64,000 nucleotides of DNA from NCBI GenBank assembly GCA_946541955.1, contig CAMNJZ010000001.1, positions 1,997 through 65,996 of the forward strand. The letters run 5' to 3'. Shown here piece after piece: positions 57,615 through 64,000 of this stretch (position 1 is its first letter; every line of letters starts with the position of its first letter). The DNA comes from an uncultured Lachnospiraceae bacterium. Its GTDB lineage: Bacteria > Bacillota > Clostridia > Lachnospirales > Lachnospiraceae. Both the position numbers and the translations under genes were made by a program. Below the pieces are notes generated by a model, which saw nothing but the letters and a program-made list of their open reading frames with translations, had not been told where the DNA came from and ran no database searches.

Positions 57615-59681
57615 TCAGATAGTCCGAAAGTCAACAGCTTTCACAATTCCGGCTCCGTAGGAGGGGTCTTTTAACAGCTTTTTATCCACACAGGCAGCGG
57701 CCGCCTTCATCAGACCGGCGTCATTGTAAATATCGGCCATGACAAAGCCCAGATCTCCGCTCTGCCGGACCCCGAAGATATCGCCGGGTCCCCGCATTTT
57801 CAGATCCTCCTCTGCAATGGTAAAGCCGTCATTGTTTTTGACCAGAATGTCCAGGCGCTCAGGCCTGTCCCGGCCCGGCGCATATAAAAAGATACAGTAG
57901 GACTGGTCCCGGCCCCTGCCGACCCGGCCCCGGATCTGATGGAGCTGGGACAGGCCGAAACGTTCTGCGTTTTCCACCAGCATGACCGTGGCGTTGGGCA
58001 CGTTGATGCCCACCTCGATCACCGTTGTGGAGACCAGGATATCCGTTTCATGGGCGGCAAATTTTTCCATGGCGGCCGCCTTGTCTGCAGGCTTCATCCG
58101 GCCGTGCAGGGAGTCGATCCGGATCTGGGGCGGGAAGATCTCCCGCAGCATCTGGCTGTAGTCGGTGACATTCTCCATCTCTCCTGCGCCCTCCTGGGAC
58201 AGGATCCCGGAAGGGTCCTCGATGTCCTCCGGATCCGGCGCTTCCACGGCAGGGCAGATCACATAGACCTGGCGCCCCTGCAGGATCTGCTTATACAAAA
58301 AGCGCAGGGCTTTGTCCCTCTGTCCCTGGTCCATGGCCAGGTTCCGGATCGGCAGACGGTCTGCCGGGAGCTCCCGCAGCTCGGAGATCTGCAGGTCTCC
58401 GTAAAGGATAATGGCCAGGGTCCTGGGAATGGGAGTGGCGCTCATGACAAGGACCGGAACATCTCCGCCCTTATCGGCCAGACCTTCTCTCTGACGGACG
58501 CCGAAGCGGTGCTGCTCATCGGTGATCACAAGGCCCAGGTCATGGTATTCCACCGCCTCCTGAAAGAGGGCGTGGGTGCCGATGATGATATCGGCTTTGC
58601 CGGAAGCGATCTCCCCATAGATCTTTTTTCTCTCCCTTCCCTTGACCGACCCGGTCAGAAGGACAGGATGAATGGGAAGGGCATATTTTTCGGCCATTTC
58701 CGTCAGGGCCTTCATATGCTGCTCGGCCAGGACCTCCGTAGGCGCCATCAGGGCGCCCTGCCTTTTGTTCTCCGAGGTCATGATGAGAGCCAGGAAGGCC
58801 AGAATCGTCTTGCCGGAGCCCACGTCGCCCTGCAGGAGGCGGTTCATGACTCGCTGTCCTGTCAGGTCCCCCCGGATCTCCTCCCAGGCCTTTTTCTGGC
58901 CCTGGGTCAGCCTGAAGGGGAGCTTTTCGATCAGGTCCTCCGCCAGAGGGGAAGCCTGCATGGGACGGAGATTGACCGTTTCCTGTCCCTCTGCCTTCTG
59001 CCGTCTGACAGTCAGGATAAAGCTGAAGAATTCATCAAAGATCAGCCTTCTTCTGGCAGTCCTGACATCCTCCTCCGTCAGGGGGAAGTGGATCTTTCGG
59101 ACCGCCTGACTTTTTTCGCACAGGCCGTAGGCTTCTCTTTCCTTTTCGTCCAGATAGTCGGCGGGGAAAGCATACTTGTCCAATACCTGCCTGACCGCCT
59201 TGACCAGCATCTGGTTCTTCAGGCCCTTTTTCAGAGAGTAGCGGGGCTGCATGGTATTCTGGATGGCAGCATATTTTTCAGCTGTAAAGATCTGGGGCTG
59301 CTCCATATAGTAGAGGCCGGTCTTTGTGGTCTTAAGAAGGCCCCGGAACAAATGCCTGGAGCCCGGGGCAAGAGTCCCCCGCAGATAGGGCATATTAAAA
59401 AAGGAAAGGCGGATCTTTCCGGTCTGGTCCCCCGCCTGAAAGTGGTTGATCGTCCGGCTCCCCGCCCTGGCGGCCGAGCCTTTCCCTATGATGAACAGCG
59501 ACAGGGTCACCACCTGCCAGACCTTTGCCTCGGTAAGGGAGACAGGAGCGTCATAACGGTCGTAGCCGATCGGATAATAGGCGATCAGATCTCCCGCCGT
59601 ATACAGGTCCTTGGATGCAAAAAGAGCTGCGGTCTTTTCTCCGACCCCTTTGATTTCCTCCAGCTTCGTAAACTGATTCAT
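57615..59681 (-). CDS. recG: ATP-dependent DNA helicase RecG
   Basis: QGDVGSGKT, DEQHRFG, SATPIPR, HQIRGRVGRG. Confidence 0.97.
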   Translation of the reverse strand: MNQFTKLEEIKGVGEKTAALFASKDLYTAGDLIAYYPIGYDRYDAPVSLTEAKVWQVVTLSLFIIGKGSAARAGSRTINHFQAGDQTGKIRLSFFNMPYLRGTLAPGSRHLFRGLLKTTKTGLYYMEQPQIFTAEKYAAIQNTMQPRYSLKKGLKNQMLVKAVRQVLDKYAFPADYLDEKEREAYGLCEKSQAVRKIHFPLTEEDVRTARRRLIFDEFFSFILTVRRQKAEGQETVNLRPMQASPLAEDLIEKLPFRLTQGQKKAWEEIRGDLTGQRVMNRLLQGDVGSGKTILAFLALIMTSENKRQGALMAPTEVLAEQHMKALTEMAEKYALPIHPVLLTGSVKGRERKKIYGEIASGKADIIIGTHALFQEAVEYHDLGLVITDEQHRFGVRQREGLADKGGDVPVLVMSATPIPRTLAIILYGDLQISELRELPADRLPIRNLAMDQGQRDKALRFLYKQILQGRQVYVICPAVEAPDPEDIEDPSGILSQEGAGEMENVTDYSQMLREIFPPQIRIDSLHGRMKPADKAAAMEKFAAHETDILVSTTVIEVGINVPNATVMLVENAERFGLSQLHQIRGRVGRGRDQSYCIFLYAPGRDRPERLDILVKNNDGFTIAEEDLKMRGPGDIFGVRQSGDLGFVMADIYNDAGLMKAAAACVDKKLLKDPSYGAGIVKAVDFRTI

Positions 59682-59783
59682 AAAAACCTCAACAGGATGA
59701 TAAGCAATTTGGATAGAATTCGCAGACATACGAAAAAGAGGGCAGGACTCTTCATCCTGTCCCCTCTTTTCAGTTCGGATTTC

Positions 59784-61454
59784 TTATTCAGCGGAGAGGA
59801 TATAGTAGTAGATCGGCTGTCCGCCCTTCTGGACTTCTACGTCGCAGCTTTCGAACTCGCCGCGGATCCGCTCTGCCAGAGCCTCCGCCTCTTCGGCTGT
59901 CACGTCAGCGCCGTAATAAACGCTGATGATTTCGGTTTCCTCGTCCACGATCTTCCGCATGGTCTCCATGATGGTCTCTTCACGATCAGGCCCTGCACTG
60001 ACAATGCCCTTGTCGGCGATGCCCATGAAGTCGCCTTCGTGGATCTGAATGTCATTGATCTCCGTATCACGGACTGCATAGGTGATTTCAGCAGTTTTGA
60101 CCCTGCCGATCTCCTCAAGCATGTTTTCCTTATTGGCGTCGGCATCCATGTCAGGCGTATAGTTGATCACCGCCGTAATGCCCTGGGGAATGGTCTTGGT
60201 GGGAATGACCACCAGTCTCTTGTCCTTGCTCAGGGAGGCCGCCTGGTTGGCTGCCATCACAATGTTTTTGTTGTTGGGCATGACAAAGATGGTATCGGCA
60301 TTTACCTTGTCGACTGCCTTCAGGATATCATCCGTGCTGGGATTCATCGTCTGACCGCCGGAGATGATGTAGTCAACGCCCAGACCTGTGAAGATCTCGG
60401 AGATGCCGTCGCCCACAGCCACTGTGATAAAGCCCACAGGCTTTCTGGGTTCTTCCGGAGCAGGCTCCTCATTGACAGGGGCCTGGGGCGCCATTTCCTC
60501 TTCGTCCTTATCAGTTTTGGAATCGATCACGATATTTTCGATGGAAACACCGGCAATGTCTCCATAGACAAGGGCCTTCTGCAGGACCATGGCAGGATCG
60601 TTGGTATTGACACTGACCTTGATCTTCTCATTTCCGACGATGCAGACAAGACCTGTACCGACACTGTTAATGTATTCCGTCAGATCTTTCTCGATTCTTG
60701 CACCGGCTTTTCCGGAGATGTTCTTCAGATAAAGGGTGAACTTTTCCTTATATAAATACTGAGGTTCTTCCTCTGCCGCTTCGGCAGGCTCTTCCTTTTT
60801 CTCCTCTGTCAGGGCCGCAAAGTCCACGACCTTGCCGCCAAAGCCGGCGTAGGCGCCTTTGAGGACACAAAGAAGACCGGTTCCGCCCGAATCCACAACG
60901 CCGGCCTGCTTGAGGACAGGCAGCAGCTCAGGGGTGGAGTCCAGAGCAGCCTGGGCCGCTTCCAGAACTGCCTGGAAGATCACATCCAGATCCTCTTCTC
61001 CGCCGTCAACGACCTCACGGCACTTTTCGGCAGCGACTCTGGCCACAGTCAGAATGGTGCCTTCCATAGGCTTCATAACAGCCTTGTAGGCAGTATCTCT
61101 GGCCCTGTCAAAGGCATCTGCAATGATGGGCGCCGTCAGGGAATCCTGTCCTCTGGCCACTTTGCCGAAGCCTCGGATCAGCTGGGACAGAATAACACCG
61201 GAGTTGCCGCGTGCGCCGCGAAGGGATCCTGAGGACATCGCCTTGTTGATCTCCTTCATGGAGGCATCTGCGCCCAGGTCATTGACTTCCTTGGCTGCAG
61301 ACAGAATGGTCAGGGACATGTTGGTGCCGGTGTCGCCGTCCGGTACAGGGAAAACGTTCAGTTCGTTGATGTGTTCCTTATTATCTTCCAGTTCCTTGGC
61401 GCCGCACAGAAACATCTGTGTCAGCAGTTTTGCGTCTATTGCGTTAACGCTCAT
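59784..61454 (-). CDS. fakA: DAK2-domain fatty acid kinase FakA/YloV with degenerate middle domain
   Basis: NELNVFPVPDGDTGTNM, GARGNSG, VVDSGG, GGQTMNPST, PNNKNI, GGQPIY; asp23-fakA-recG context. Confidence 0.92.
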   Translation of the reverse strand: MSVNAIDAKLLTQMFLCGAKELEDNKEHINELNVFPVPDGDTGTNMSLTILSAAKEVNDLGADASMKEINKAMSSGSLRGARGNSGVILSQLIRGFGKVARGQDSLTAPIIADAFDRARDTAYKAVMKPMEGTILTVARVAAEKCREVVDGGEEDLDVIFQAVLEAAQAALDSTPELLPVLKQAGVVDSGGTGLLCVLKGAYAGFGGKVVDFAALTEEKKEEPAEAAEEEPQYLYKEKFTLYLKNISGKAGARIEKDLTEYINSVGTGLVCIVGNEKIKVSVNTNDPAMVLQKALVYGDIAGVSIENIVIDSKTDKDEEEMAPQAPVNEEPAPEEPRKPVGFITVAVGDGISEIFTGLGVDYIISGGQTMNPSTDDILKAVDKVNADTIFVMPNNKNIVMAANQAASLSKDKRLVVIPTKTIPQGITAVINYTPDMDADANKENMLEEIGRVKTAEITYAVRDTEINDIQIHEGDFMGIADKGIVSAGPDREETIMETMRKIVDEETEIISVYYGADVTAEEAEALAERIRGEFESCDVEVQKGGQPIYYYILSAE

Positions 61455-61484
61455 CGCACTTATCCTCCTGTTATATATTCAGAG

Positions 61485-61847
61485 TCAGTCGATCAGTCTT
61501 ACGCCTTCGACGTAAATATTGATCTTTTCAATTTTTGTTCCGGTAAATTCTTCCACCTTATACTGTACGCTCTGGATCAGATTGTCGCATACGGCCGGGA
61601 TATTTACACCGTAGGATACGATGACATGGAAATCGATCACAAGCTTATTTTCCTTGTTCAGCTTGACATCGATGCCTCTGGTCATGTTTTCTTTTTTCAG
61701 AAGATTGGCAAAGCCTTCCGTCACGTTGACGCCGGCCATGCCTACGATACCAAAACACTCATAGGCCACGCTGCCTGCATATTGTGCTATCACTTCATTG
61801 TCTATGGAAATACTTCCGATATGAGTATTCAGATTCGATAATTTCAT
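61485..61847 (-). CDS. Asp23/Gls24 family protein (YloU-like)
   Basis: ECFGIVGMA, VSYGVNI, VQYKVE..INIYVEGV. Confidence 0.93.
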   Translation of the reverse strand: MKLSNLNTHIGSISIDNEVIAQYAGSVAYECFGIVGMAGVNVTEGFANLLKKENMTRGIDVKLNKENKLVIDFHVIVSYGVNIPAVCDNLIQSVQYKVEEFTGTKIEKINIYVEGVRLID

Positions 61848-62022
61848 CCTGCTTACTCCTTCCTGATTTTTGATCTCAGTCCATAGGGGTCCAAAATACT
61901 ATTAGATTATACATGGTAATCTCCCAAAAGAAAATACCCCAAATTTATCTTGCATTTGTCAAAAGGATTTGCTAATATACTAATGTTGTTTACCTGATTT
62001 AAAGTGTTAGGAGGTGTTAAGC

Positions 62023-62208
62023 ATGGCAAAGTGTGATATCTGTGGCAAGGGCGCTCATTTTGGCAACAACGTCAGCCATTCTCATAGAAGATCCAACGCA
62101 ATCTGGAATTCTAATGTTCAGAGAGTTACCGTTAAGGTCAACGGAGCTAACAGGAAGATGCACGTATGCACCAGCTGCCTGAGAAGCGGCAAAGTTGAAC
62201 GTGGCTGA
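62023..62208 (+). CDS. rpmB: 50S ribosomal protein L28
   Basis: MAKCDICGK..GNNVSHSHRR..CTSCLRSG. Confidence 0.97.
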   Translation: MAKCDICGKGAHFGNNVSHSHRRSNAIWNSNVQRVTVKVNGANRKMHVCTSCLRSGKVERG

Positions 62209-62228
62209 TCCCCAATTTGAATGTCTGA

Positions 62229-62259
62229 GACCGTATGCTGATGCATGCGGTCTTTTTTT
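62229..62259 (+). terminator. rpmB terminator
   Basis: GACCGTATGC-TGAT-GCATGCGGTC followed by a T run. Confidence 0.8.
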
Positions 62260-62379
62260 GTGCTTTATGAATGGAGCCGGAAACAGGACCTGTTTCCGGC
62301 TTCCATCGCCTTACTGACTCCCCGAAAGGCCATTATCCGGCCTTTGAAAATCAGTTTATCAATCACCATAAAGGCTCTT

Positions 62380-62721
62380 CTATTGCCAGCTCTTCCAGAC
62401 ATCCGGCTGATATCCGACGGTGGCCTGCCTTCCGTTTCGCACAATGGGCTGCCTGAGGACAGACTGGTTTTCCAGGACCTTCTGCATCCTGTCCTCCGCC
62501 GCAATATACCGGATCAGGGCCAGGAGGTCCTTGTCCCTGCAGCCAGGATCGATCATGGCCTCCAGGCCGCCGACCGCCTGCATGACAGACTGGAATTCTC
62601 CCTTGCTGAGGCCCTTTTCCTTCAGATCCACGAACTGGAATTTGATGCCGCGCTCCTTGAAGAAGCGTTCCGCTTTCCGTGTATCGCTTGATTTTTTGGT
62701 CCCAAAGATCTGTATATTCAT
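62380..62721 (-). CDS. ArsC/Spx family protein
   Basis: MNIQIFGTKKSSDTRKAERFFKERGI...RQPIVRNG..TVGY. Confidence 0.85.
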   Translation of the reverse strand: MNIQIFGTKKSSDTRKAERFFKERGIKFQFVDLKEKGLSKGEFQSVMQAVGGLEAMIDPGCRDKDLLALIRYIAAEDRMQKVLENQSVLRQPIVRNGRQATVGYQPDVWKSWQ

Positions 62722-63329
62722 GCCTTTGCCGCCTTCTCGAAAATCATATCTGTCAGTGCTTTCTCCACAAGTTCCTCCGGTCTTTGGTCCGGCCGGATCC
62801 AGTCGTCTATATATCTCTCCGGCAGGACAAGCGGCATCCGGTCATGGATAAAACGGATCTCCCCGCCGGGCTCCCTGGTCAGGACCACGAAGACCGGAAG
62901 GCCCTTTTCGATCCGGTACAGGCCGCACAGCCAGGTCATGGCTTCATCCCTGGGCCGGATCTGGTATTTGTCGCCGGTACGGGTCTTACCGTCCTGGCCC
63001 CGCAGGTGTTCCCATTCGAAATACCAGGAAGCAGGTATAATGCATCGCCTGCGTTCCCAGGATTCCTGAAACGTCGGCTTGGCCCCGGCCGTTTCGACGC
63101 GGGCATTCATCAAAAGCGATCTTCCGGAGAACCCCCACTTCATGGGGAAGACGGCGCGCTCCCCCAGACGGTTCGGCGCTATGACCGGCACCACGTCTGT
63201 CGGCCGGATCTCTCCGCTGGTTTTGATTCCGCCTGTTTCCTCCCATTTGAGGACCAGAGAGGATCTCTTCATTTTTTCAACGATCGCTCTAAGTTCCGGC
63301 GATTCCTCGACCCAGTATCGACAGCACAT
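62718..63329 (-). CDS. SOS response-associated peptidase (SRAP/YedK/HMCES family)
   Basis: Start MCCRY (Cys2), MKWG, NARVET, RRCIIPA..YFEW, IHDRMP. Confidence 0.92.
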   Translation of the reverse strand: MCCRYWVEESPELRAIVEKMKRSSLVLKWEETGGIKTSGEIRPTDVVPVIAPNRLGERAVFPMKWGFSGRSLLMNARVETAGAKPTFQESWERRRCIIPASWYFEWEHLRGQDGKTRTGDKYQIRPRDEAMTWLCGLYRIEKGLPVFVVLTREPGGEIRFIHDRMPLVLPERYIDDWIRPDQRPEELVEKALTDMIFEKAAKA

Positions 63330-63387
63330 GCGCATTCCCCCTTCACTGCACGCCGCTTCAGGAATAGGCTCAATCGCAAAGGAATCT

Positions 63388-63852
63388 TCAGCGCAGCTCC
63401 TGTCCCCATTTCTTGAGTGCATCTGCATCCTGGGTAAGTCTTGCGTCCAGCACAGCGGCGCCCTGCACGTAGGGGGCCAGCTTTTCTGCGGTTTTTCCGA
63501 TCTTGCTTCCGCCCGAAGTTGCAAAGGCATACACCTGCTTGCCGCTCCAGTCATATCCCTTACAGAAAGTACTGACGACATTCGGTGCATGGCCGTACCA
63601 GATCGGAAAGCCTATAAAGACTCTGTCATACTCCTCCCAGTTTTCTACCTGCCCTTTTACAGGGACATCCTTCCTGCCGGCAAATTCCTTGTTGCATCTT
63701 GCCAGAGGATTCATATAATTCAGGTCTTTTTTGGTATAGGGATTCTCAGGAAGGATCTCATACAGATCCGCCCCAATGGACTTTGCGAAATCGGCTGCAA
63801 GGCCAGCCGTTCTTCCTGTTTCCGCACTGAAATAAATTACAATGGTCTTCAT
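63388..63852 (-). CDS. flavodoxin (Flavodoxin_4-like)
   Basis: IYFSAETGRT, GFPIWYG, FATSGGS. Confidence 0.9.
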   Translation of the reverse strand: MKTIVIYFSAETGRTAGLAADFAKSIGADLYEILPENPYTKKDLNYMNPLARCNKEFAGRKDVPVKGQVENWEEYDRVFIGFPIWYGHAPNVVSTFCKGYDWSGKQVYAFATSGGSKIGKTAEKLAPYVQGAAVLDARLTQDADALKKWGQELR

Positions 63853-64000
63853 ACATTTGTCCTTTCTCTTCATTCGGCAATTCAGGCGCCTGATCATCTG
63901 CCTGTGCCTTTCCCTGTTCCTTTCAATTATACTTCTTTGCAGGATTTTGGCAACGAAGGATATGGATGTCATTGCATCCCTGGAAGGCCCTGCCCCTGAC

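Overview
A 64-kb, gene-dense stretch of bacterial chromosome, almost all on the minus strand. Gene content and protein style suggest a Clostridia/Lachnospiraceae-like anaerobe (inference). The right half (about 36.6-62.2 kb) is core housekeeping: yneA-like/lexA, rsfS-yqeK-nadD-yhbY-obgE-rpmA-prp-rplU, hisZGD plus a HisF-like/HisIE fusion, recU, rluA, coaD, rsmD, parEC, degV, recG, fakA, asp23, rpmB. The left half is more accessory: sirtuin, YitT, an apparently LexA-controlled XRE-HTH + DUF5131 pair, a riboswitch-led queD-queE-folE-queC-queF operon, a MacAB-like exporter with two adaptors, DUF1848, a 1578-aa thioester/isopeptide/ester adhesin, hipBA, a Xer-type recombinase, a decayed IS110 5' end, cat-mazG and a beta-galactoside cluster. 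No rRNA, tRNA or CRISPR array was seen. Most notable: (1) FakA in its core locus lacks the middle-domain Zn-binding Cys/His/His; (2) the full-length HipA is a pseudokinase; (3) SOS boxes sit inside the promoter of the uncharacterised XRE-DUF5131 radical-SAM-like operon; (4) an IS110 remnant missed by the ORF track keeps an about 100-nt RBS-sequestering hairpin; (5) one adaptor carries a duplicated unknown domain. All calls come from reading motifs by eye; no searches were run.
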